Made by a program: the position numbers and the translations under genes. Positions 12,801 through 27,702 of a stretch of 64,000 nucleotides of DNA are shown here, piece by piece (positions within the stretch are counted from its first letter, which is position 1; the number at the start of each line of letters is the position of its first letter). The notes below the pieces were generated by a model. It was not told the DNA's origin, did not search any database, and saw nothing but the letters and a program-made list of their open reading frames with translations. This DNA comes from Octopus vulgaris (taxonomy: Eukaryota), in assembly GCA_951406725.2 (NCBI GenBank), contig OX597816.1, positions 133,300,001-133,364,000 of the forward strand, read 5' to 3'.

Positions 12801-15800
12801 ATAGAAACATGAAAATACAATTTGAAGAAACTTATATAAACACAAAAGTATTTAAAATTCATAACAGCTGTTTTGGTAGAATTTATTTATTAAATGCAGT
12901 CATAAAAGATTACATCATAATATACAAACCACCATCATCAGGTAAAATTTTAAACAGGTAAGATTTCTGTTGTGGGGAGAGTCACAGCACCCCCATGTGA
13001 GAATAGACTTGACCGAATGACTATAAATAGTAGCGGTCTCAGTGAGAGACAGAGAGAATAGGTGTTAATCGCAGGAAGTCGTAAGATGTATTGTTTTGGC
13101 AGTTTGTCAGAATATCGTTTGTTGGTTTCTGTACAGTTTGTTGGATTGTTACGTTGTTGTTACCCTGCTTCGTTATATATTCTATTGTTACTTCACGGTA
13201 ACAGTGTAAACAAGTATCATTATAAATAATGGCGATACAACAATAATTGGCAACGAATAACTACGTTACAATATTGGCGACAAGGATTCAAAGTTGTTAA
13301 TGATGGAAGACATTAGTTTCTATAATACAGTTGCAAAAACAGCAACAGGAGTTGCAAAAACAACTACTTCAGCAATAAGAAAAACAACAGTTAATGGAGC
13401 TATGTCTTAAGAAATCTGGAAATACTATAAGTTCATTTTCACTAGACAGCACATCGAACTCTATAACAGATTAAGTTATGACCCAGAGAAGGGCATAACG
13501 TTTGCAGCATACTTTAGAAGGTACGAAGAACCCTTTAGGGAAGATTGCGAGTCGTGGACTGACAAAGAAAAAGTAAGACTATTATTACGTAAATTAGCAA
13601 AAACTAGTGAAAGATGTTTCCAGTAAACAGTCAAACTACTATCAAAAATATTTGGTGATAAGAGTTCCCTAGTTAACACTCAATGGGAGTGTTGGAATCT
13701 AGTTAAAAACAAGGATGAAGACTTTGTCACGTATACCAGGACTGTAAACTAAATGTGCAAAACAGAAGAAACTAACTCCTGATATGTACAAGATCTTATG
13801 GCAAGCAAAGATGCAGAGATATGTGCAAGAATTCACACAACCAAAGCTTAACCTTGCAGAGGAGTGTCAAATAGTTGTAAACTTACGTCAGGCCATAAAG
13901 AAAATTGAAGAGGGGTTCTCACAAGTACAAGTGTGCCAACCGGGAAAGTATAAACAAAGAAAAATGTTAAGACCAAACCCATGCTACAGATGAAGCCCTA
14001 CATTTCAGGAAAGATCGTCTTATCAAAACACAAAAATGTTACAGATGGCAAAGTTAGGAAAGTCAAACATAAAAAATTCTCAAGCTTTCTCAACAGAAAG
14101 AGGAAATTTGTACATGTAAAAGTAAACAAAATGAATATTAAATTACAACTAGATACTAGTAGTTACATCTCGATTATTAATACTGACACATGGATAAGAA
14201 TTAGGAAACCTACTTTAAGAAGAACATCAAAAATTGCGCGAGGCTTGACAGGTGAAAAACTACACTTTGTAGGCAAAAATGTAGAGTGTTACCACATTTT
14301 GGGGAAAACCAATAGAGCAAAAGTTTTCATGGTAAAAATGCAACCAATCTGATTGGTATGAGCTGGTTGGAATTGTTTGATGTATAAGACCTCCCCATAA
14401 GTCTGTACTGTAAATAAATAAATGGCTGTCCCACTAGTAAAAATAACTCATCAGCTGAATTGAAGAAAAAATTATAAAACATTATGCATAACATCATTCA
14501 GGAGTTGCCAGTGACTGTACAAGATATAAAAAGTAAATCAGCGGAGGACAAATACATCAGAAAAATTAAGGAAACCTTGAAAAATAAACAAAAGAGAAAC
14601 ATGAATGCAAACTATTTTTCACTCTGCAACAATGTATTAATGTACACACAAAGAACGGTAGGACCAACTGCCCTACAGAAACAGATATTACATGAATTTC
14701 CTAATGGACACCCGGGGATGTCAAGAATGAAAGCTTTGATGAGCAGTTACATGTATTGGGGGACAATGGACCAGGACATAGAAAGTTTGGTAAAATCATG
14801 TAGAAGTTGTGAGCTAGCTGCCAAGGCATCACCAGTGAAATTACCAATCAGGACTCAAAACAGATAGTCCATGGTCCATATAGACTACACTGGACCAGTG
14901 AATGGCGTGTACTACTTGACCATTGTTGATAGCATTACCAAGTGGCTGGAAGTATGTCAGTGCAGTCAACCAAACTTGAAGGCAATAATAATGTTCCTAC
15001 ACGAACTTTTTGCTTGATACAGTGTTCTAGACACCATAGTATTGGACAATAGAACATAATTTATAGGATGTTCAAGAAATTCTGCAAAATGCATTCAATC
15101 AAGCACATTTACCCTGCCCTACTACCCGAGGTCAAAAGGGCAAGTAGAATGATTTGTAGATACTTTCAAGCAAGCGCTAAAAAAATCAAGGAACAAGTTA
15201 AGAAATGACGAGGCACTAACTAAATTCTTAAGGATGTACAGAATAACCCCCAATCCGAATACCAATTCAGGCATGTCACCTGCAGAACTAATGTTAACTC
15301 AAAAGATTTAATCAATCTTCGACAAATTGTTGCCAAAGGAAAACACTTATAGAGAAAATACAAAAAATTCAACTAAATATTTTGATGTCGGAGACAAAGT
15401 CCATTTCAAAGTATACAAGAACAGTAGAATTTGCAGGATGGTGTAATGACTAAAAGAATTGGAAATTTGATTTATTTAATAAGAGGCCAATGGTGGGAGC
15501 ATAAACAACACCGAAATCAATTGAAAATCAGACATACAGAAGAAAGGAAATTCCAATGGAAGTGTTTTACGACATGTTCGATGTGCTAGCACAGAAAGAG
15601 ATTGAGCCTAGAAGGAGCAGTAACAGAAAACGTAAACAGACTGATCATTTAGAAATAATTCCTAAGCAGAAAAGGTACTGAACTCCCTAGGGAAGCAAAA
15701 TTTCAAAAAGAGAGAAGTGTTGGAAAGATAGAAAAAAATTTTGCTTCCTACGGAAGTCGAATTCTCAAAAGGAGAGATGATGTGGCGAGATTTATGATAC

Positions 15801-18800
15801 CTGCTGTGAGAATAGACTTGACTGAACCACTATAGATAGTAGCAGTCTCAGTGAGAGTAGGTGTTAACTGCAGTAAGCCGTAAGGTGTCGATTTGGTAGT
15901 TTGTCAGAATATCGTCTGTTGGTTCAGGGAGAGTTTCTTGGATTGTTACATTGTTGTTACCCTGCTTCATTATATATTTTATTGTTATTACGCGGTTATA
16001 GTGTAAAAAAAGTATCATCATAAATAGTGGCAATACTACAACCGGCAACGAGTAACTATGTTACAATAGTTTTGAACACATTAACCTGGAGATGGCCAAA
16101 ATGTCCAGGTCTATGTTTAAAATCTTGCCAATTTAGAATATATATGATAACGTAATCTCTCATTACTGCATTTTAAATAAAATTCTACTGAAACAACTGT
16201 TATAAATTTTAAATGCCATGTCACACCAAGAACCCATCCTAGTTGGATCTAAGATTTAAATTGCATATCTACAGTATTCTACCAATATTTGATGTATTCA
16301 ATGTTGTTTATTTCATTGTGCTCCCAGCCATCTCTAGCATATCATGAGTTGATGTGCCATGATTCTTGACTCTATAAAACAAAATCGTACATATATATAT
16401 AAAACTGTTTTTTCTGGCGGTGGAGTTTAGCTCCAAAACAACCTTCATTTAACAAATCTATGGTCAAAGGCATTCTAGTTGTAACCATCCTATTTTTTCA
16501 GCTATAGTATATCTAGGATTACAGTATCAAATGTCACCTTTTTTGAACTGTACAACATAATTTGAATGAGATTTGACTGTTATTTCTAACAGGTTGAGCA
16601 GCAGCATAATGGTTCCTTCAATACCTGCTGTCATTGTGATAAGTTTTTTTTAAAGAAATGTGATTGGGCTGTTATTTGATATGACAAACCATAATACTTA
16701 CATTTTCCGCAAAGGTTAATGAAGGATCATAGCGGCCACCAATTGGATTGGCAGCAGCTATAACAGCACATCGGGCATGAAGAGATGTAACAATACCAGC
16801 TTTGGACACAGAAATACTTTGTTGTTCCATTGCTTCATGAATACTAGTTCGATCTTGGTCATTCATCTGAAAAAAAGAGGGAAAAGAGTTAAACACCACC
16901 AAAAACTGCTGCATGTGTGTCTGCATGTATGTTAAAGTCCATAGCCTACTGAGTATTCACTCTGAAAATCTTTAACATTGGAGAATTAAACACAGGATGA
17001 TGTTGATAATTTTATGTTTACCACCAAGACAACACATGGAAAGACACTGAAGACTGATTAAAAACATAATAGTTTACAAAGAAATTAAATTTAAAAGTGG
17101 TATGGTCCTCTGTGTGGAGGATTAGGGCCAAGGAAGGAGAACCATAGATCAAAGAAATTACTCATTGCACATCAACATTATATGAAGTGGTATAAATATA
17201 TAAACATGCTACATGAAAACCACTTAGTCATAATCATCTGGGGCAAATCTGTCCTAAGAAGATCAAGTTAAAACTTCCAGATATAATTATCAAGGATTGT
17301 ATTGTAAATGTCTGTAATCTGATAATCATTTTCATTCCTTCTGAAGAAAATATTACAATAAAGGAGGTCAGGGAACTGCCTAAATACAAGAAACTTGAAA
17401 TTGGAATAAACAGGATGTGAGGCATGTAAGTTAAAACAGTACTAAGAGGGGAACCAGATATGATGAAAAGAAAAAAATAATCAAAAACATACAAAACATA
17501 CCATGTTTCACATTTACACACAAGGCGAGAGACATACTGAAATGACACCCCACAACCAAAAAAGTAACATTTCAGTGTTACTTTTTTTTTTTTACTAGTC
17601 TTGACGAAAAGCAAGGTCAAACTCAAGCAGTATGTAACCTTAGAATTATAATTGCAAGCTCAGGATACAAATATTAAAGACTTTTAGTTTGGCACTGTTC
17701 AGACTCTACCATTCTACTATTACTAATGATTATGATTTCTAATCTAAACAGAAGGTCACAAATTTGAAGACATTGTCAACTTAGTGAGATGTACACTCAG
17801 AATGAAACTAAATAACTGTAAAGTACATTAGTGCTCTACTGGTTGGCTCAAAGCAACACAATTATGAAGGAAGAAGAGCATAGTTTATTGAATTAACTCC
17901 AACACATGATTTATCAAATCAGGAGGGATTGAAAAGTGAAGCAAACCATTTGGTTGAATAAATAAGCATTTGATGTAATTGCATAATATAACAAAATAAT
18001 AAGGTTTAAAAACATCACTTTTGTATATTTGCTATGTTGCCTTTTGAATATTATTAACATAAAATGAACAGAATAAAATGATGTAAGAAATAGAAGTAAA
18101 TTACTTTGTCAAACTCATCAATAAGACAAATTCCTTTGTCAGCCAACACAAGAGCACCAGCTTCCAGAGTCCATTCCTTTGATACAGGGTTTCTCTGGAC
18201 ATAAGCAGTTAATCCAACAGCAGAAGCTCCCTGGCCAGTCGTAAATACAACACGGTGTCCAATTTTCTCAATATACTTCAGGAACTGAGATTTGGCAGTT
18301 CCTGGATCACCACAAATGAGGATGTTCAAATCACCCCTAACTTTGTGTTTCCCACCTGAAAATAAGAAAGGAGGTATTTAATTAATGTAAAAGGCAGACA
18401 ATAAATTACTCCCACCCTTTTTTTTTTGTTTATTTAATGCAAATTTTAAATTTAATACGAAACCATGTTGTTCAAGAAATATGAAACATGGGAAATTTCA
18501 GGCAATGAGAAAGCCTCACTATGGTCATTAAACAAGTAAACCAGTCAAGCTCTCTCATACCACTGGTAATATATAATGTCCCACAACATGTTACATGTAG
18601 TTGTTCATAAAGAGCATCCAGATGTAAAAATTATGCTCACAACAATTGGCAGTTTTAACTGTTAAGCATTCTATATAATGAAGCAAGGACACAGGTATTG
18701 AGGGCACTGTGGATGATGATAATGTAGGGCAATGGCTTTTAAACTGTACTCCAAGAAATATCTACATTAGTTATAACATTTTGAAAAAATAACTGAAGGC

Positions 18801-21800
18801 TTTAAAACAATTTCCCCTTCATCAAAAAAACTAAAGCAAATCTAGAAGCATAAAATCAACACAAATTTTCCAACTGGATTTCATGAATGCAGTAAAGTAA
18901 AATTCTGAAACAAAATTTTTTTATAAAAAAAAACTTCAGGACTCACCTGGATTTTTTTTGGTTCACCACCAAACAAAGACAATGCAATAGCTTTTTTAAT
19001 ATCTTCATGTCCATATATAGACGGGGCCATACTGGCAAATATCTGACAATTGACAAAAAGATTTTAAAATTCTGATTATATAGGCTCGTCATTTTCAACT
19101 TTTCTATGCTTACATAGGTCAAACAAAAACTGTTCAGGTAAATTTTCTACAGCTAGATGTCCTTCCTGTTTCCAACCCTCATCTGCTTCCAATGTAATAT
19201 TTATCCATAGCCAGACAAATGTTTCACAGCAGAGTGGAAAGAAATATTGCTTGTATGATCGCGATGCTTACTTATAAGCACCATGTGATATGTAGACCAG
19301 GAGTATACTCACACACACACATTTACTAATGTTTATTTTCATGTTTTTATATTAATCTGATGGGTTACTCTAGACTTTTGTAGAGTAAAAATTTATTATT
19401 CTTAAACAATATTACTAACTGTAACTTTGACCAGATAAGCTGATAAGACTGATGATATACAAAACACACACACACAATATGCTTCTTTCAGTTTCTGTCT
19501 ACAAAATCCATTTACAAGGCTTTGATAGTTTAAGACACTTGCTCAAGATATCATGCAGTGGGGCTGAACTTCAAAAACCATATGGTTGGGAAACAATCTT
19601 CTAAAACACAGTAAAATACTTAGAAAGAAGGTTCTAAGAAAAAAAAAGAAAGGTGATAGTGATGAAAACCAATAATCATTACCTGCAAATAAATAAAGAC
19701 AAAGGTGGAAGAAAGGATTAAATATGCATTACTTATAAACTAGCATTTACAATTACACAAAGGTGATAGTTTCATAATGTGGTAGTGAAGCAAGAAATAT
19801 AATTATTTGCTTCAAATTTAATGAACTGATACTCCATCAGTTTCACTATTATACTAGAGTGATAAGTATCCAATTACAAAACAAATACAATTATTCATAA
19901 ATTTATATAATTGTAAACACACACACATATATAATATGTAAATGTAAGATCCAAAGATTCAGGTGTAGGAAGTTAGTAAGCTTTAAGCAGTCCATAGAAA
20001 GTATTAAAAACAACTTTCAGAACAACATTTTATTCGCAGAGAAGGTTGTGATTTTTCCCATATTGAAGTTAGATAAAGCTGAACAAAGTTATTTTATAGT
20101 TCACAGTTAGCAACTAGGGTTACTATGTATGTAAATAAAAATCCAAATTGAGGGAATGAAGCAGGTAAAATCCAAGCAACATATGTTTCCTAGCTAGCGG
20201 AACCTCAGAAATAATAATTGCTCGACAATAATTGCTCCACTAACTACTCATCAGGCTGAAGATACCCTAGTTAAATGAAGGTTAAATTATTGTCAAGGGA
20301 TCCCAAGTTAACTCGCAGGAAATTTGAACAAAAATGAGGTATCTTCTCCTGATGAGTAGCTAGTGGAATACTCCTCATTGACTAATTTACTTCTGAGGTT
20401 CTGCTAGCTAGGAAACACATGTAGCCTGGATTTTACCTGTTCCATTCAATCAATCTGGATTTTTACATGTATATAAATATATATATATATATATTGTCTC
20501 AGTACTTCACATATCCAAAAAAGAAGCACACTCTAAAGCATTAGAGCAGTAATATATTCTTTTAGGAAGTTAAAAGGCATGGCTGGTCATAGAGTGACTT
20601 AGGTAGAGATGCTATGTACTGTCAGCCATTTGTTTCTGATGAGTCACCTATACTGCTAAGCACTTTATAGGTGCAAAACCAATGGTCACTATGACCAGCT
20701 ATAACCTTTTACTAATAAATATATATATATATATAAGCTACCATAGTAAAATAGGCATATATATCATTACCACACAAAAGGCAGGCATGATTCTTCCATC
20801 GTTAAGAAGTTTACTTCAAAACAACGTGGCTTCAGTTTCAATCCCATTTTATGGTTCCTTAGTTAAGTATCTTATATTATATCTCCAGACTGTCCAATGC
20901 CTTTGAGTGAATCTATAAGAAAGAATGTGCAGTCTTATGTGCATGCAAGTATGCGCAAATGCTGACATTCCACAGTTATCACCGACAGAGTAAAACAGTG
21001 ATGTTCACATACCTTGTTGTCATTATGACCAGTTGCTTCATAGTTTTGAAGACACATGGAACAAAAATATCCCTTACTTGAAAATAGATAAGGTTCAGCA
21101 ATGAGGAAGAGCATCAGGCCATCAAATCCTGCATCATATATTCAACTGTCTAACCTATGCTAGCATGGGAAAACATGCTAAAAAGAGTGACATTTCCTCT
21201 TCATCAAATAAAATTAACACTAAGAAGTTTAGATAAGAAAGTTTCAAGATGAAATTAAAATACAGCTTGAGAATACTTACCCTCTCAGTTATTCTTTCAT
21301 CTTTTGAAAGGGCCACAATAGCCTTAACATCTTCATCAGTTAAACTACTGGCTGCAAGTTTCTCATCTTTCTTTGTAATATGGTTAGCTTGGATGACAGT
21401 TGCAAAGACAGGGAATCCATTGGCAGTATTCAATGAGCCATCATAATTGTTGTGGTAAATACCAGTGAGTTCCTGAAAAAATTACACATCAGTCTTCTTT
21501 GTAATATCCCAAAATATTTGGTGAGAAATTATACTTATTGGTTTCTTTTAGTTACACACAAACGTAAACTTTTGTCAGTAAGTAATATAGTCAATTTAAT
21601 TAACTTCAGTAGAAGCACAGCAGTTGCTGATGATAAGACTGCTTCTTAGCCACATGATTCTGGGTTAAGTTCCACTGCATGGCACCTTGGGCAAGCATCT
21701 ACTACACCCTCAGGCCAACCAAAGCTCTGGAAGTGGATTTGGGACACAGAAACTGAAAGAAGCCTGTCGCGTGCATGTGTCCACCACAGCTTGACAACCA

Positions 21801-24800
21801 ATGTTGGTGTGTTTACATTCCCATAACTTAGCAGTTCAGCATAAAAGACCAATAGAATAAGTACCAGACTTAAGTACTAGAGTTGACTCATTCAACTAAA
21901 AACTCTTTTCAAGGCAGTGCCTCAGTATGGCCACAGTATAATGACTGAATCAAATAAACAATAAAAAGTATTACTGGTACTTATTTTGCCAACACCATGG
22001 AGGATGAAAAAGAAAATTGTTGCTGAGTGGAAACTCACTACAGGGTGAACAAACAGCAGGAGAAATCTTTAGATGAAGAACTTCTGCTAAACAAGTTCCT
22101 GACACTCTAAGAGAGCCAGGTCCACCATGTCTCTTAGGTGTCCTCCTGTTTTGAAATGCCATCTTTAGTGGGGAATGAACACAGAATCTTTGGATGATCA
22201 TATTTCCCTGACCTGTGGTATATATTGCTTGGCTACAGTGACAATATAATAATGCTTAATTCTTATTAACTTCATTACTTATCTATATTTTACAAGTCAT
22301 ATTAACTTAATTCTATAATATTAAGCTTCTAGTGTTGATGTACATCTAAACCTACTCATAGCAGATACTGTCTCTGCTTTGGAGACTAATCTAAATACAT
22401 AACCCTATTAACCACAATGTTTTTAGCAACTTTCTCCTTGTCTTAGAGGTCCTGCTGGATGCTAAACTACAACAAGAATTAAAAATGAACATTAAACCTC
22501 CTCTGTCAACAAATCAACATCACTAATATTACAGGTTTCAAATTTTGGCACAAGGTCAGCAATTTCAGAGGAGGGGCTATAGCGATTAAACCAACCCCGG
22601 TGTTCAATTTGTATTTATTTTATCAACTTTGAAAGGATGGAAGGTAAAGTGGACCCCAGCAGAATTTGAATTCAAACCATAAAGATGGACGAAATGCCAG
22701 TAAGCATTTCATCCAGTGTGCTAGCGATTCTGCTGGCTCACTGCCTTAATAGAAGTGGTCAGCAAGTCCCTACAGAGAATCAAACCCTGTGCCTCTCAAA
22801 TTCTGGCGGAGCATCGTGTACCATTAAGCTGAGAGACCCCAGACAAACATTAATATTATCAACTGAGTACTTACTAGTTCATCACCAGGTTTGCACTGAT
22901 CAACCAGATCATCAAGAAGAATAGTATCTTTTGATCTTGGTAAACGTCCAGGAGGTACTTTACCAGGGCTTTCTTGAATGGTAACACGCTGATAATTCTT
23001 GTAGATTGTCTGCAATAATAATAATAAAAGAAGAGAGTATGATACTCAAGTGTCTTTTAGAATTAGGTGTGTCAAATAAAAAAAATATACATATTCTAAA
23101 GATTTATTTCTTATTTATACATGAAACTACAAAATTAGAAGACATAATATTAAATCAAACACAGTATACTAAGGGAAGTTGTTTTATCAATCCTAGTGGG
23201 ATGAAAAGCAAAGCCAGTTTTGAATTTGAACTCGACAAAGATACATACTTAAACAATCTAAGAGATTAGAGTTCATTACTAAATCTCTTATCAAAATCTG
23301 AACATAGTCTGAAAATTTTATACCAATCTTGTGTAATAAATATTCATAAATAATAAATATAGGGTGAGATATGAAGTCTTAAGTTATTAGTGGCTATCTA
23401 GGGGAGATAATTGAGTGTTGTAGACTTTAGTGGCGAAAGTCATTTTCTGATGTAAAGCTATATAAATTTTCTGGTACTTACTTGTTCCATGTTAATCTCA
23501 AATGGACCACTAGACTGACATTCTGGACAGGAACCTGGGCGTACTTCTTGATTTTGAGACTGATAGAATGGTCCTAAGACAAAGTTACACTTATTGCAGT
23601 CATATTTGATGATGTTCAGTTGAGGTAAAACACCTGATGTGCTGGTCACGACACCACTTGTTCGAATTAACTGGTTCAGGTGGAGCTGCCTATGTAATTA
23701 TGAAATATTAAAACTGTATAATTATTTTACCAACAAAAAAAGAAAGGAAGAAAGTTGATGAATAAACATAGAATTCAACAACACAATGTAACTGATATAA
23801 GAATTAGGACAAAAGTTGTGTAGAAACTTTTTGGAGTAACATCAAGAGACTAGTTTCAACATAACAAGATTTGAAACACCTTGGAATCCAATGCCTGGCA
23901 TAATAAAGTTATAGAAAGCAAGACATCTATTTTTGTCCGGTCATACTGTAACCGCACATCACTTGGCACACAGGCATGTCCTCCAATGCCCCACCTCTAA
24001 AGGATCTTTATCTTGTGAGGAACTTGGTGACACCTCTAGTGCTGGTGCCATGTAAAAAGAATCCAGTTCACACTGTAAAGTAGTTGGCATTTGGAAGGGC
24101 TTCCAGCTGTAAAAACCATGCCAAAATAGACAGTGAAGCTTGGTGCAATACTCTGGCTTGCCAGCTTCTGTCAAATTGTCCAACCCATGCCAGCAAGGAA
24201 AACATTAAATAATAAATGATGATGGTCTAGTTTCTAACACATCAATTTCATACCCTTTTATCTATCAGTTTAAAATCTTGTAAACTACATAATTAGGCAC
24301 AAGCATAGCTGTGTGGTTAAGAAGTTCACTTCCTAACCACAAGGTTTTGGGGTTCAGTCCTACCATATAGCACCTTAAGCTAGTGTCTTTTATTCTAGCT
24401 CCAAGTCAACTAAAGTCTTGTAAATAGATATCATAGATGGAAACTGAAAGAATGCATGTGCATGCGGGTGTATCCTTATCTTGATAAGATGTAATGATTG
24501 TAAACAAGCATCATCATCCAAGAGATGTCCTTGTTTCCTATTTTCTTTGAAAATATGTTTGGTACGGAAAAGTAGACATAACAAGGATTGTTTGAAGCTA
24601 CGTTATTAACCATAAAATATCCAACTATATAAATACGAATAAAAACCAATAAAAATAAGTAAAACATTCAAGTTACCTTAAAGATCGAATGTCCTCAATA
24701 AGAGGCAATTCTGCAATTCTGATGTGAATCTCTTTAGCAATCCGTTCATAATTTGGGTACATGTTTAATACCACTTCTTTGGCTGCCTGAAAAAAATATA

Positions 24801-24928
24801 CCAATAATAGTAGTTTTTATCCAAATACAACATTTAATATGAAATTGTTTTACAAAAATAGAACAGCTCTTAATTGAGCAATGTTCAAACAGTGCAATAC
24901 AAGTAATAACCACTGAAGAACCTATATA

Positions 24929-24987
<59 letters not shown>

Positions 24988-27650
24988 AAACTGGGAGTAC
25001 GTCATAAAACTAACAAAGTTGAACATCAAATATGACAAGTATTGTGACATACAAATCTTCAACTTTACTAGTCCACTCAGAATATTTTAAATGAGAGAAT
25101 CATATTTATAAAGTGACATACTTATATAAAATCTGTCAAAGCCTAGATAAAAACTAAATCAAAAGAAATGTAAATGATTCAGTTATATATGGAAGCTATG
25201 CAGATGAGGGGAGTCCCTTAATACAAAAAGAGCATTCAAGTATCTAGGATGATAAAGTGCATGTTTGTTTCTTCAATCACAATGTAAAAATAATAAAATT
25301 TTACAAACACCAACTAAATCTAACTTACTTCATCAAATGTAGGTAAAATTTCTGCTGGAGCTTCAGGCAAAAAGTAAGCCAAAACCTGCTCTGCTGATGC
25401 TAACATATTGTAGTCTATCACAAGACTCTGTTTATTTGCTAAAAAGTAATATGAAAACAATTAATTATTAAATAATACAAACAGCCAATGAAATAAAAAT
25501 TTAACTCTATGTTCTTCAAATATTTTTATTCCACAGCACACTGAATGAAGTACTAAAAGTTTGATTGTACACCATCAGTTATTTTATTTTATTAATTTTA
25601 TGTAAGAAACCAGTATTAAAATTGTTTTAAAACAGGGTGCCTGCATTGTGCTTTGCCACAAAGAAATATACAAGTGTTTGTATGGGTAAGTGGTTTGTTT
25701 CAGAACTATGTGGCACCATGGGAAAGCCCTGAGCTAACCAAAGCTTTGAGAACAACTTTGGTAGATGGAAACTGAAAGACATCTGTCACAAGTGTGTGCA
25801 TCTAGTCTTCCATGAAAAATATCTGGTCATGGAGAAAATATTACTTTGTTCACAAACAAATTAGGGTTGGCAACAAGGATGGCATTCAACTGTAAAAAAA
25901 ATCTGCCTCAACAAATGCTGTCTGACCCATGCAAGCATGGAAGAGTGGAGGTTAAATTATAATGATTTTTATATACTCACTCACACACACATAAATATGT
26001 ATTTATCTTTTTATGAGTGTAGAAGTGCACTCACATTGTCACTATGTGAGCAGAAACAGTGTTTACATCTCTCATAAAGAGTACATCCCATTGTTTGGCA
26101 GTATTCATTATGTGGGAAGTCCAATGGAATTTAATACCTCATCTGAAAACAAGTGTTAGCAACATGAAGAGCATCCCATTGTAGAATACTACCTCAAGAG
26201 CTCATCTAACCCATACCAGCATTAAAAATAATGATCCAGGAGTGTGGTCCATTAACAATATTGAAGATTTGTAAATATCATTGTTTTCTACATCACATAA
26301 TTTCGCTACAGTATAATACTTCAAACATCTAGCTGAACCTGATGTTTTAGACCATATTTGATGCCAGTGTTTAAAATGAATTTTCTGTTATGAATGAATT
26401 TCCCTTACACATGACAAATATCCAATTTATTATCAGGATTCGTATACATTTCTTTTCCAATAAATCAGAACAAAGACCTACAGACGTTTTCATCAATAGA
26501 TCAGGCACAAAAAAAGTTGTGTGATTTAAGAAGTTTGCTTCCCAACCACATGGGTTTGATCTCAGTCCCACTGTGTGGTACCTTGGGTAAGTATTTTCTA
26601 CTATAGCCCCAAAACAGGCCAAAGACTTGAGTGGATTTGGTAGAAGAAAACTGAATGAAGCCTGTCATATATATACACATATACCTTCTATCTTTTATTT
26701 GTTTCAGCCATCAGACTATGGCCATGCTGGAGTACCACCACAGAGAATTTTAGTTGAATGAATCAAACCCATTTCTTATTTTTGTTTTTAAGCCTGGTAT
26801 TTAAGGGATGTAAACAAACCAATACTGGTTGCCAAGCAGTGGTGGAGACAAAGAGATAAAAAAAGACAGTTAAAAGAGAGAGTGAGGGAGATGCACTGGA
26901 ACAGATACATAGTACACTTAAATTGCTTAGCTTTTTATACCAACAATACGTTTTCTGAAGTAGTAGAGTGTGTGTGCGTGTGTGCATGCGTGTGTAAAAC
27001 CAAGATGTTATTGACTCAATCCCTGCATTATCTACCATGCATGCAAGATACAAATCTCAAAATTCCATTCCGTTTCTTTTCACAATAACTAAATTCCAAT
27101 ATCAGCTCATAAAACAGAAAAGAAAAACATTTCACCTTCAACCATTTGTCTTATTTTTTCACGGTAGACATTGTGTCCTTTAGAATCAATGAAAGTTCTC
27201 AGGAAGTTCTTGAATCGATTCTTTATTTCAGTCTTCGGAGCTAACAGTGTCACCCACTCACGAACAGAATGGCCTTTCATATCTTCTAAATTTTCTATAC
27301 TCTCAATCTAGCAAAAATATAAGAATACAAAAATTAGCAAAATGCTTCTATTAAGTAAACACATAAATTTCAATAAAACATATAAAAAAAGTCATATATA
27401 TTGCAGTAAAGCATCCAGAATTTATAATTTATATATATATATATATACACACACATACATATATATCATGATTCTTTAATGATTGTTTTCCATCCTGGCA
27501 TGGGTTGGATGGTTTGAGTGGAGCTAGCAAGCAGGAGAGCTGCACCATGCTTTAGTTTGATTTGGCTTAGTTTCTACAGCTGCATGCCCTTCCTCACAGC
27601 AACCACTTTACAGTGTATTGGGTGTTTTACATGGTCTGTGTGTGTGTGTA

Positions 27651-27702
<52 letters not shown>

